This document shows, in pieces, positions 1 to 8,849 of a stretch of DNA of 64,000 nucleotides. Each line of letters starts with the position of its first letter. Position 1 is the first letter of the stretch. Source of the DNA: an uncultured Gammaproteobacteria bacterium. Its GTDB lineage: Bacteria > Patescibacteriota > Microgenomatia > CAYQLK01. The stretch is from NCBI GenBank assembly GCA_964404855.1, contig CAYOLO010000001.1, forward strand, positions 297,322 through 361,321, read 5' to 3'. Below the pieces are notes generated by a model. It made no database searches and was not told the origin of the DNA. It worked only from the letters and a program-made list of their open reading frames with translations. Made by a program: the position numbers and the translations under genes.

Positions 1-348
1 ATTGTGTTTGATGATAAAGTCGTTGTTGGTAAGCTTGTTGAGTCTGGTATGGACATTGAAGAACAGAGCCTAAATATTTTTGAAAAAGAAATAAGTTTAG
101 CTAAAGAAATTGTCTGGAATGGCCCTATAGGTAATTTTGAGGATAAAAATTACTCTAATGGTACAAAGCGTTTAGTAGAAATGTTAATGAATTCTTCAGC
201 AAAAATAACACTCGGAGGTGGTGACACGATTAGTGCAATGAACCAGTTTGGGGATACAAAAAAAGTTTATTGGGTATGTCTTGGGGGTGGAGCAATGCTG
301 GATTATATTGCCGGAAAAGAAATGCCGGCAATTGAAGCTTTGAAGTAA
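1..348 (+). CDS. pgk: phosphoglycerate kinase, C-terminal part (5' end lies outside the window)
   Basis: Frame-1 translation shows the PGK C-terminal hallmarks: GGGDT...NGPIG...LGGGAMLDYIAGKEMPAIEAL. Stop TAA at 346-348. Confidence 0.85.
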   Translation: MVFDDKVVVGKLVESGMDIEEQSLNIFEKEISLAKEIVWNGPIGNFEDKNYSNGTKRLVEMLMNSSAKITLGGGDTISAMNQFGDTKKVYWVCLGGGAMLDYIAGKEMPAIEALK

Positions 349-472
349 GTGCTCGCTTCATATAGTGAAGCTACGCCTTCTCGATGAGTAAGTGCTCGCT
401 TCATATAGTGAAGCTACGCCTTCTCGATGAGTAAGTGCTCGCTTCATATAGTGAAGCTACGCCTTCTTTTTT
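345..472 (+). repeat. 43-bp direct tandem repeat x3 (gtaagtgctcgcttcatatagtgaagctacgccttctcgatga). Each unit has a gcttca/tgaagc hairpin, and the last unit ends in a T-run, giving an intrinsic-terminator shape
   Basis: Copies at 345-387 and 388-430, plus a third at 431-~472 that diverges to ccttcttttttaaa. Copy 1 overlaps the pgk stop codon. Confidence 0.85.
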
Positions 473-696
473 AAATTCATAATTTATTTATAGGTTTAAG
501 GTTGAATTCAAAAAATAGTTAGTTTTTTGGTACGATTAGTATGTAGTTAGATATAAGTGTAGCTTTATAAGAGAATAGGCTAAAAATAAGTGCTCGCACA
601 AATTCACTAAATTTATGCTTCCAGCAAAATTTAGTTTCAGTTTGCGCTATGCTTTCTTTTTTTAGCTTTTTCGTATTAAGCTCAAAAGCTAAAAAA

Positions 697-1722
697 ATGG
701 TAAAAGTAGCAATTAATGGATTCGGAAGAATAGGAAGAAGTGCTTTTAAGGTTGCCTTGACGCACCATAAAGACAAAGTCGAAATAGTAGCAATTAATGA
801 CTTAGCTGACACTAAGACTTTAGCTCATTTATTAAAATACGATAGTAATTACGGCCAGTTTTGGGGAGAAGTTGATTCTTCTGAGGATGCAATTTGGGTT
901 GATGGGCGCGAATTTAAGGTTTTTGCAAAAAAAGATCCAACAGAGCTTCCATGGAAAGACCTGGATGTTGATGTGGTAATTGAATCAACAGGGCTTTTTA
1001 CTTCGGAAGATAAAGCCAAAACTCATTTGACTGCAGGTGCAAAAAGAGTGGTAATTTCGGCTCCAGCTAAAGGTGGTAATGTTGGAACATATGTTTTGGG
1101 TGTAAACACTTACAAAGACGGTGAGGAGCTAGGTCAGAGCGGAATTATTAATAATGCTAGTTGTACTACAAACTGTATTTCACCTGTGGCGGCTGTAATG
1201 CATGCTAAATTTGGAGTAGCTAAGGCTTTGATGAGTACAATTCATGCTTATACTCAGGATCAGAGGTTGCAAGATTCGCCTCATGATGATTTAAGGAGAG
1301 CGAGAGCGGCACAATCTTCGATTATTCCAACCACGACTGGTGCGGCAATCGCTACGACAGAAGTAATTCCTGAGCTCAAAGGCTTGTTTGATGGAATTTC
1401 GTTTAGGGTGCCAATCTCAGTTGGATCTGTTTCAGACATAACTTTCGTACTCAAAACAAAAACTACCAAAGAAGAAGTTAACAAAGCTTTGTCTGAGGCT
1501 TCGAATAATCCGATTTATCAAGGTATAATAGCGGTGACTAATGAGCCTATTGTTTCAACGGATATTGTTGGCAGAACCGAATCCTCGATTGTTGATTTGG
1601 CACTTACTCAGGTGGTAGATGGGGATTTGGTCAAAGTTGTAGCGTGGTATGACAATGAGTGGGGATATAGTAATAGGTTGGTTGAGCAGGTTATTGCGGT
1701 TGGAGATCAAATTTCTGGTTAG
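697..1722 (+). CDS. gap: glyceraldehyde-3-phosphate dehydrogenase
   Basis: N-terminus MVKVAINGFGRIGR (NAD-binding) and catalytic SCTTNC motif. The ATG at 697 is in frame within track ORF 649..1722. Confidence 0.9.
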   Translation: MVKVAINGFGRIGRSAFKVALTHHKDKVEIVAINDLADTKTLAHLLKYDSNYGQFWGEVDSSEDAIWVDGREFKVFAKKDPTELPWKDLDVDVVIESTGLFTSEDKAKTHLTAGAKRVVISAPAKGGNVGTYVLGVNTYKDGEELGQSGIINNASCTTNCISPVAAVMHAKFGVAKALMSTIHAYTQDQRLQDSPHDDLRRARAAQSSIIPTTTGAAIATTEVIPELKGLFDGISFRVPISVGSVSDITFVLKTKTTKEEVNKALSEASNNPIYQGIIAVTNEPIVSTDIVGRTESSIVDLALTQVVDGDLVKVVAWYDNEWGYSNRLVEQVIAVGDQISG

Positions 1723-1900
1723 TATTTTTTTTATTCTAATTTTCGAGATTGTTTTTTTTGTGAAATATAAGCGTGTTGTGGTATATTGCCACTCTAAGTA
1801 TTGAGTTCTTTGCGTTATTTGATAATAGGGTAATTGAGCTCTTTATGAAGTTGTTTCTTTGCACTTGAAAAAAACGAGGAATCCATGGAGGATTGGGAGA

Positions 1901-2758
1901 GTGTTTAAGCTAGTTCTACCGGCCACGCTTGCAATTCTGGGCTTGTCTATGATTGTTTTGACTGTATCGGATGTCAGTCAGGCACAACAATCATATGTTC
2001 TGCGGGTACCAATGGTGGCCGCTGACTCTGCAAGTGGTGTTTCTTCGGGTACTCCGACAAACACTGCGACAATCACATCGACTTCAACACCAACAAAAAC
2101 AGTTGGTTCAGTGACATCTACGCCAACATTGTCTCCGACTGGCGTATCTAGTTCGGTAACACCGACGCGCACAAGTACTGCTACGCTAACTGGAACAGTG
2201 GTAAATTCAACTCCGACATCGACTACTGTCTCAACAGGCACACCGATTCCCACATCAACAAAGACAGTTGTACCGACGGCTACTTCAACGAGTACACCGA
2301 CGAAGACTGCTGTGCCGACGGCTACTTCAACGAGTACGCCGACGAAGACTGCTGTGCCGACGTCTACTCCAACGAGTACACCGACAACTAGTGGATGCAG
2401 TTTTGCTGCCTTGCCTGATGTGATGACTTATTTCGGTAGCGCGAATAGTTATCCTCGAATCGTTCAGATTGATTTTGCCAACTTCAATGCCGAAGTTGGT
2501 GAATCTCAGACAATCACTGTTAAGGTCTGGGGAAGTTCTCCGATAGAGTCAGTATCGGTAGTTCTTGGTACTGACCATGGGTTTTCTTCTCCAAAACCGC
2601 TGATAAGCGTTTCTCAGGCGCTGATTGATGGGGTGTACAAGGATCAATGGAGCATCAACTACAGTGTGGCTGATACCCACGATTGTGTGTACACTTTTCA
2701 ATTCACGGTTGTTCAGCTGGATGGAGGGACGATTTCTCCGACTTTGACAGTCCGTTAA
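1901..2758 (+). CDS. secreted Thr/Pro-rich repeat protein with a C-terminal globular domain
   Basis: GGAGG at 1887-1891 lies 9 nt before GTG 1901, giving a signal peptide (M)FKLVLPATLAILGLSMIVL. Repeats of TSTPTKTAVPTATS. The track ORF begins at TTG 1859. Confidence 0.6.
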   Translation: MFKLVLPATLAILGLSMIVLTVSDVSQAQQSYVLRVPMVAADSASGVSSGTPTNTATITSTSTPTKTVGSVTSTPTLSPTGVSSSVTPTRTSTATLTGTVVNSTPTSTTVSTGTPIPTSTKTVVPTATSTSTPTKTAVPTATSTSTPTKTAVPTSTPTSTPTTSGCSFAALPDVMTYFGSANSYPRIVQIDFANFNAEVGESQTITVKVWGSSPIESVSVVLGTDHGFSSPKPLISVSQALIDGVYKDQWSINYSVADTHDCVYTFQFTVVQLDGGTISPTLTVR

Positions 2759-2769
2759 TAAACCCCAGT

Positions 2770-2806
2770 AGCCCTTTCTCGGCTTTTGTTGAGAGAGGGC
2801 TTTTTC
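2770..2806 (+). terminator. rho-independent terminator
   Basis: Stem agccctttctc/gagagagggct with loop ggcttttgtt, followed by TTTTT. Confidence 0.6.
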
Positions 2807-2888
2807 TTGATTTAAAAAATTCTTTATATATAACCTATAATATGCTATAATAGCCTAGCACATTTAAGAAAAGTCGGAGGTGTAAGTC

Positions 2889-3362
2889 TTGACCCACTTT
2901 GGTGGCGGTTATGATCCTGATGATGATTCAGATATCATCGAGGGAGAGGCTCGCGAAGTTGACGCTGACCACGAGCCACGGAGGTTTTCGTGGAAGAAGC
3001 TTCTTCTTCTTGCCCTCGCGCTCGCGGGAGCAATCCTGCTTGTTTTCGCTGCTTTCAACTCGTGTGGTGGAGGAGATTCGCAGTCTCCCGGTGACACTGA
3101 CAGTCTAACAACTGTGGTGCCAACGGAGGTTGTGACGACTCCAGAACCAACTGCGAGTGTGACCGTTAGCACTCCGACAGCCACATCAACATCTGCGGTC
3201 ACGGTTCCGACTGCGACCGTGAGAGCTGATACTGGCGACCCACTTGGGTTGACCGACGGCTCTTCAGGATCAGGTGTGGTGATGTTTGTACTAGCTTTGC
3301 TAGTTGCGACATCGTGTGTGTGGATTTTCTTCAGGAAAACCGGCCCAGAGCGGCATAGGTAA
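2889..3362 (+). CDS. small membrane protein with an acidic N-terminus, a TM, NSCGGG, a Thr/Pro-rich segment, a TATVRADTGDP motif, then a C-terminal TM and basic tail
   Basis: GGAGG at 2876-2880 lies 8 nt before a TTG start at 2889. The C-terminus TATVRADTGDPLGL-hydrophobic-FRKTGPERHR has the shape of a tripartite sorting signal. Confidence 0.55.
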   Translation: MTHFGGGYDPDDDSDIIEGEAREVDADHEPRRFSWKKLLLLALALAGAILLVFAAFNSCGGGDSQSPGDTDSLTTVVPTEVVTTPEPTASVTVSTPTATSTSAVTVPTATVRADTGDPLGLTDGSSGSGVVMFVLALLVATSCVWIFFRKTGPERHR

Positions 3363-3396
3363 AACTAGAAGGAGAGACCATTTCGACCAGATAGTT

Positions 3397-3439
3397 AACC
3401 CACTCTTGCTATTAATACGCAGAGTGGGTTATTTTTTAT
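3397..3439 (+). terminator. rho-independent terminator
   Basis: Stem aacccactct/agagtgggtt with a 14-nt loop, followed by a T-run. Confidence 0.6.
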
Positions 3440-3475
3440 CCTCTAGTTGGATTATTTTATATTACAGGTTATGCC

Positions 3476-3504
3476 TTGACAAACTATAGGTTATATTATA
3501 TAAT
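3476..3504 (+). promoter_or_regulatory. consensus sigma70-type promoter TTGACA-17-TATAAT
   Basis: ttgaca at 3476-3481, a 17-nt spacer, tataat at 3499-3504. Confidence 0.6.
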
Positions 3505-3542
3505 GTCTTTACGATTTTGAAGCTAGATTGACACCTTAAGCG

Positions 3543-4328
3543 GTGTCGGTTGAGCCTCAAGAGCGTAAAAAGTTCTTTAAATCTGCTGCTTTTCTGGTTT
3601 TGTCTCTCGCCAAAGCACCATATGGAGGTGTTCCCCTGGTTAGTACGAGAATCATTAAGATGTCTCTGGCTCTGGTAAGCGTTGTGGCACTCGCCATGAT
3701 GCTAGGCTCGATTATGCTTGGTTCTACCACAAGTGGAGCTTATGCAGATCGCCCCGATCCGACGCCAATGGGAACGAATGTTCCCAACACTCCGACCGAA
3801 GTTCCGGAGCCCTGTAAGGGTACTCCGGTATCTGGATCGGCGTGTATAACGCTGACTCCGACGCCTACGGCCACCCCGACGAAGACGGCTACTCCAACGA
3901 GTACGCCAACCAAGACGGCTACGCCTACTGCAACGAGCACACCGAAGACGCCTACGGCCACCCCGACGAAGACGGCTACGCCAAAGACGCCAACGGCAAC
4001 ACCTACTGGTACGCCGACCAAGCCGACGAAGACACCTACGCCGACCAAGACGCCGAAAACTTCGACGCCAACGGCAACACCTACGACTGTTACGGCCACT
4101 CCAACTACGGTTGTTACGGTGACGGTGACTCCGACGCCAACCGCGACCTCGGTGATTTATATCCCCACGGCTACAGTTCGTGCGGATACGGGTGATCCGA
4201 TGTTACTGGTTGGAAGCCCGACATCGGGTGGTGGTCCAGTGGGTTGGATGATGATTACTGGTGCCGTTCTGGCGCTGGTGGCAATCATCGGATTCCTCGC
4301 AATGAGGGTACGCAATCGAGAGATTTAG
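3543..4328 (+). CDS. secreted Thr/Pro-rich protein ending in TATVRADTGDP plus a TM and basic tail
   Basis: The track ORF starts at GTG 3543. The more likely start is ATG 3660, which gives a canonical signal peptide MSLALVSVVALAMMLGSIMLGSTTSGAYA. TPTKTATPT repeats. The C-terminus IPTATVRADTGDPML-TM-RVRNREI is shared with the upstream gene. Confidence 0.6.
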   Translation: MSVEPQERKKFFKSAAFLVLSLAKAPYGGVPLVSTRIIKMSLALVSVVALAMMLGSIMLGSTTSGAYADRPDPTPMGTNVPNTPTEVPEPCKGTPVSGSACITLTPTPTATPTKTATPTSTPTKTATPTATSTPKTPTATPTKTATPKTPTATPTGTPTKPTKTPTPTKTPKTSTPTATPTTVTATPTTVVTVTVTPTPTATSVIYIPTATVRADTGDPMLLVGSPTSGGGPVGWMMITGAVLALVAIIGFLAMRVRNREI

Positions 4329-4353
4329 TTAGAAGCAGAAGCAGACGGTCCTC

Positions 4354-4401
4354 GTGGCCCCGGTTTTTCCTTTAATAAGGAAGACGGGGCCACTTTTTTT
4401 G
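4354..4401 (+). terminator. strong rho-independent terminator
   Basis: Stem gtggccccg/cggggccac, followed by TTTTTTT. Confidence 0.7.
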
Positions 4402-4523
4402 TTTTAAATTAGTCTTTATTGCAAATGTTTAATATTTTCTGCTAGAATCTAGCGGCTTTAACTCCGGTTGCGATATTTTGAAACCTGATTAGAGCAAATT
4501 TTAAAGAAAGAAGGAAATATAAA

Positions 4524-5654
4524 TTGGCAGAAAAAAAAGTTAAAAAAACAACAGAGAAAGTAGAGAAGGTTGTAAAAAAAGATTTTAAGACCATGGACGA
4601 GTTGGTAATGTCCTTGGGAGAAGAGGCGGTTTTTGGTTTTAAGCGCGGGCAACAAGTTGAAGGAACGATTATCTCAGCTACAAATAGAGAAGTTTTAATT
4701 GATATTGGCGGTAAGTCCGAAGGTATTTTGGCAGCCAAAGAACAGCTTAGTTCAAGAGATTTGATTGCTACTATGTCACCAGGCGATAAGATCGAAGCAA
4801 CGGTTTTGGTGCCAGAGAATGAGCAAGGACAGGTTGTTTTGTCACTACGAAAAATTGGTGGAGAGAAGCGTTGGGAAGAGTTGACAGCCAAAATCGGATC
4901 ATCTGAAGAGATTGATGCGATTGTGGTTGATTCTAATCGCGGTGGACTTATTTTGGACTTCTCTGGTTTAAGAGGATTTTTGCCAACCTCTCAAATGTCT
5001 AGCCAAGAGAGAAGGCCAGCAAAACTAATGAATAAATCACTAAAGGTTAAAGTTTTGGAAGCTGATAGGTCTTCAAATAGACTTATTTTTTCACAGAAGT
5101 CTGCAGGTATTAGCAGTGAAGATTTAGATAAAAAGAAAGAAGTACTGGCTAAAATTACCGTTGGTGACAAGTTCTCTGGAGAGATTACAGCAGTAATGCC
5201 TTTTGGTGTTTTTGTGAGAGTTGAACCTGTTGAGGGCGAGTCTATCGAAGGATTGGTACATATTTCAGAAATGAGTTGGGAAAAAGTTGAAGATCCTAAC
5301 AATGAACAAAAGGTTGGAAATAAAGTAGAGGTGGTAGCGACTGCGGTATTACCAGAGGAAGGCAAACTAACGCTATCTATTAAGAGACTTAAAGATAATC
5401 CTTGGGAAGAAGTAGCTAGTAGATATCCAAAGGATACCAAAGTGTCTGGAAAAGTAACAAGACTAACTGGTTTTGGAGCTTTTGTTCAAATCGATAAAGA
5501 TGTTGAGGGTTTGATGCATATTTCCAAAATTCCACCTGAGCTTAATGTCGAGGCTGGTCAAGAGATAGAATGCACAGTTGAATCTATTGATGTTGTGTCA
5601 CGAAGAATTTCTTTAGCGCCGATTTTGACTGAGAAGCCTTTGATGTATCGATAA
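4524..5654 (+). CDS. rpsA: 30S ribosomal protein S1 (short form, repeated S1 domains)
   Basis: Repeated S1 motifs: GQQVEGTII..., GDKFSGEITAVMPFGVFVRV..., GKVTRLTGFGAFVQI.... Confidence 0.8.
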   Translation: MAEKKVKKTTEKVEKVVKKDFKTMDELVMSLGEEAVFGFKRGQQVEGTIISATNREVLIDIGGKSEGILAAKEQLSSRDLIATMSPGDKIEATVLVPENEQGQVVLSLRKIGGEKRWEELTAKIGSSEEIDAIVVDSNRGGLILDFSGLRGFLPTSQMSSQERRPAKLMNKSLKVKVLEADRSSNRLIFSQKSAGISSEDLDKKKEVLAKITVGDKFSGEITAVMPFGVFVRVEPVEGESIEGLVHISEMSWEKVEDPNNEQKVGNKVEVVATAVLPEEGKLTLSIKRLKDNPWEEVASRYPKDTKVSGKVTRLTGFGAFVQIDKDVEGLMHISKIPPELNVEAGQEIECTVESIDVVSRRISLAPILTEKPLMYR

Positions 5655-5813
5655 ATTTCGAGACAAAACCTATGGTTTTTTCTCGACGAGTTTTTGGCAA
5701 AGCCAAATTTTACCTTCGTTAAAACCACTCTACTCTTTTTCCTTATTAGATCGTGTTTGTATTTTGATTCGGGATTACCTGATAGGGTATGATGTGGCTG
5801 GATTTTTAATCTA

Positions 5814-7124
5814 ATGAAAAAACAAACAAATTATATTTGCACTAACTGTGGTTACTATTCGCCAGTGATGATGGGTAAGTGTCCAGAGTGTGCGCAGTGG
5901 GGAACATTTGAGTTAAAGATTCAAGAGGAAATTTTAAATAAAGCTAGCGTTTCTGCTAATCCAATTAGCCTAACACAGGTAAAAGAAACAGATGTAAAGT
6001 TGCGACACCAGACGGGATTTGGAGAATTCGACAGGGTTTTGGGTGGAGGTTTGGTTGCCGGCTCGGTAGTACTGGTAGCAGGGGATCCTGGAATTGGAAA
6101 ATCAACTTTGCTTTTGGAATCTGCTGTAAATATTGCCAAGGACAACCCCAAAAAAGAAGTATTGTATGTATCTGGTGAAGAATCTGCGTATCAAATTAAG
6201 CTTAGAAGCACAAGAATTGCTAAGGATATTCCGGATAATTTAAAGGTTTTAGCTGAAACAGATGTCGAAATAATTGTTTCAACGATTGAAAAATATAAAT
6301 ACGAGTTAGTGATTGTAGATTCAATACAAACAATTCAAACTCCAAGTGTTAGCGGGTCTTGGGGAAGTTTGGTGCAGATTAGAGAATCGACATTGAGATT
6401 TGCTAAGGTCGCAAAATCACTGCATATTCCTATTATGATTGTGGGGCACGTTACAAAAGAAGGCGAAATTGCAGGACCAAAAATATTAGAACACCTAGTA
6501 GATGTGGTTTTGGTATTAGAAGGAGATCAGTTCGGAATATTCAGGATACTTAGAGCCTCAAAAAATCGATATGGCTCAACGTCAGAGGTTGGTATTTTTG
6601 AAATGAGAGATAAAGGATTAATAGAGGTTAAAAATCCTTCTGAGTTATTTTTGTCAGAATGGAAAGACAATTTGCCTGGGTCGGTAATATTTCCTTCTGT
6701 TCAAGGAGATCGTCCAATTTTGGTAGAAGTGCAGGCACTAGTCACACCAAGCTTGTTTGGTAATCCTAGAAGAGTAGCAACAGGAGTTGATTATTCGAGA
6801 CTACAAAACATAATTGCAGTTCTTACTAAGTTTGGCAAATTACCACTCGGTACTTGTGATGTGGTTGTGAATGTGGCTGGAGGAATGAATATTAAGGAAC
6901 CTGCGATGGACTTGGCGGTAGCTGTAGCGATTTATAGTGCAGTAAAAAACAAAGCATTAAAAGAAAATACGGTTGTGTTTGGTGAGCTTGGTTTGTTGGG
7001 GGAGGTAAGAAGAGTATCTTTTGATAAAAAGAGGATGGAAGAAGCTAAAAAATTAGGTTTTAATTCCATTATTCAGCCTGATGGATTAAAAAATATTATT
7101 GAAGCAATGAGATCTTTGCAATAA
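5814..7124 (+). CDS. radA: DNA repair protein RadA/Sms
   Basis: N-terminal C4 zinc finger CTNCGY..CPEC, Walker A GDPGIGKST, the KNRYG motif, and a Lon-like C-terminal domain. Confidence 0.9.
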   Translation: MKKQTNYICTNCGYYSPVMMGKCPECAQWGTFELKIQEEILNKASVSANPISLTQVKETDVKLRHQTGFGEFDRVLGGGLVAGSVVLVAGDPGIGKSTLLLESAVNIAKDNPKKEVLYVSGEESAYQIKLRSTRIAKDIPDNLKVLAETDVEIIVSTIEKYKYELVIVDSIQTIQTPSVSGSWGSLVQIRESTLRFAKVAKSLHIPIMIVGHVTKEGEIAGPKILEHLVDVVLVLEGDQFGIFRILRASKNRYGSTSEVGIFEMRDKGLIEVKNPSELFLSEWKDNLPGSVIFPSVQGDRPILVEVQALVTPSLFGNPRRVATGVDYSRLQNIIAVLTKFGKLPLGTCDVVVNVAGGMNIKEPAMDLAVAVAIYSAVKNKALKENTVVFGELGLLGEVRRVSFDKKRMEEAKKLGFNSIIQPDGLKNIIEAMRSLQ

Positions 7125-7128
7125 TTGA

Positions 7129-8040
7129 ATGCCAAAATTTTTGATTCCAAGAAATAAATTTTTATGGTTTTTGCTTACCCGTGTTTTGGGCATGGCTGTT
7201 TTGCTAAGTTTTGGTGGGTATTTGGCAAAACCTGGGGTGTGGCCAGATTTTCCGTTTGATCCGCCAGTATTTGCGGAAATTATTAGCGCATTTGTGTTTG
7301 GGGCAATTGGATTTTTCTTGCCGGATTTGATTGTAATAGGTACGAAATCTGGGTTTACGAGAATAATGGACATGATTGCAGTTAGAGTTTCAGCAAGCGT
7401 GGTTAAAAGTCTGCCAAAAAGAAGGGTCAGTAAAAAAAAGAAAGTTAAACATGAGTCGGATTGGGTTTTGGTCGATACATCAGCTTTGATGGATTCGAGG
7501 CTGGTTCGGGTTGTGGAGTCGGGATTTTTGAGAGGAACATTAGTTATTTCGAAGACAATTTTGACAGAACTTAGACACTTGGCGGACAGTAAGGAAAATT
7601 CGAAAAGAGAAAAAGGTCGCAGAGCTTTGTCAGATTTAGCAAAATTAAAAGATTATAAGAGTATAAAAGTCAAATTCATTGACGGTTTTATACAAAAAGA
7701 AGCTGACGGAGGGCTGATTGAGTTTGCCAGCATAAATAAACTTCCATTATTGACTGTAGACTTTAATTTGCTCAAAGAAGCTGAGGCTAGGGGGATTAGT
7801 GTAATGTCTTTTAATACTCTTTCGAACGCGATTAAAATAGACGCTTTGCCTGGAGACAATCTTAATATTAAGGTTACACAGGTCGGCTCGGTCAAGGGAC
7901 AAGGGGTGGGGTTCTTGTCTGATGGAACAATGGTTGTTATAGAAAATGGAGAAGATCTTATAGGAAAGACGGTCAAAATCGAAGTAAATAAAGCTATTCA
8001 GAAGGATACTGGGAGAATAATTTTTGGATCGGTTGCTTAA
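7129..8040 (+). CDS. membrane-anchored PIN + TRAM domain protein (YacL-like), downstream of radA as in Firmicutes
   Basis: N-terminal TM helices, a PIN-like core (VDTSAL...TLVISKTILTELRHL), and a C-terminal TRAM-like region (GKTVKIEVNKA...GRIIFG). Confidence 0.65.
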   Translation: MPKFLIPRNKFLWFLLTRVLGMAVLLSFGGYLAKPGVWPDFPFDPPVFAEIISAFVFGAIGFFLPDLIVIGTKSGFTRIMDMIAVRVSASVVKSLPKRRVSKKKKVKHESDWVLVDTSALMDSRLVRVVESGFLRGTLVISKTILTELRHLADSKENSKREKGRRALSDLAKLKDYKSIKVKFIDGFIQKEADGGLIEFASINKLPLLTVDFNLLKEAEARGISVMSFNTLSNAIKIDALPGDNLNIKVTQVGSVKGQGVGFLSDGTMVVIENGEDLIGKTVKIEVNKAIQKDTGRIIFGSVA

Positions 8041-8802
8041 TTGTCTTATTTTTTATTTGTAGTTACTCGTAATAAAGTTATCAAATAGTTATCCACAGAA
8101 ACTGATTTTGTTCTTAGAACAAGTTCATACACATATTTTGCCTATCCTAATAGGCTTATATTTTTGTTTGTTATAAATAAAATACTATCGGATATAGGTT
8201 TTTTATGGATAAATAGCTATAGGGCAGTAAATATGTTGACATAAAAATTATAACCGTGTAATATCAAATTACAGACTGAATGACTGTGTAATTTAAATCT
8301 CGTATAGCGTGAAAGAGTTGTTTGACAGTGAATTGTCACTGGCTTCACTCTTTGTCTTTTGGACTTGTTCCAGAAGGGAAGTTTTAGCTTAAAGCTTAGC
8401 AAGGCTTTTGTCCTAAAAAGAGCTTTGTTAGCTTTAAGCCAAGAGATAAGTAGCTCGCACTTTTTATTTTTAATCTTTAAGGCAAACTTTCTTGTTTATC
8501 TGATCTAAGGCAAATTGATTGGTAGGGAACGGAAAGGTTAAAGATTCGAACTAATTAGGTGTAGGGAAAAATAAGCATAAAAAAGAGCATTACTACCGCA
8601 GACTGAATGAACTCGTATAGCAATGCTCTGTGAGGTGTTTTAGGGAAGCGACTTAGGGCAGCTAAGTTGCTTTCCTTGTTTATTAATGTAAATCAGAGTT
8701 CGTATTACTGTCAAGGGGTAAAATAGGTAATTTTTACCTATTTTGAAGCTAAAATCCATTTTTTGAGTAAATATTGTATACATAATATATTGCCCTATAG
8801 TA

Positions 8803-8831
8803 TTGACATTATAACTAATCTTTAGTATAAT
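8803..8831 (+). promoter_or_regulatory. consensus sigma70-type promoter TTGACA-17-TATAAT in front of the sortase-fusion gene
   Basis: ttgaca at 8803-8808, a 17-nt spacer, tataat at 8826-8831. The ATG lies at 8850, so the leader is very short. Confidence 0.6.
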
Positions 8832-8849
8832 TTCGTCCAGTTAAATACT

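Noticed and set aside
345-472. 43-bp tandem repeats considered as a possible CRISPR array
   Set aside because: The units are contiguous and identical with no intervening unique spacers, and there are only three copies with terminator geometry. There is no cas gene nearby.
3740-4195. ORFs 3740..4099(-) and 3842..4195(+) overlapping the Thr/Pro-rich gene; 1978..2253(-), 2899..3108(+), 2909..3202(-), 23103..23354(+)
   Set aside because: Alternative frames of repetitive Thr-Pro coding DNA (ACN/CCN repeats stay open in several frames). The Thr/Pro frame with a signal peptide and promoter is the real one.
8088-8096. Single perfect DnaA box (ttatccaca) taken as a replication origin
   Set aside because: Only one box, no dnaA or dnaN nearby, and no cluster of boxes or a DUE pattern. 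Noted only as part of the intergenic-region finding.
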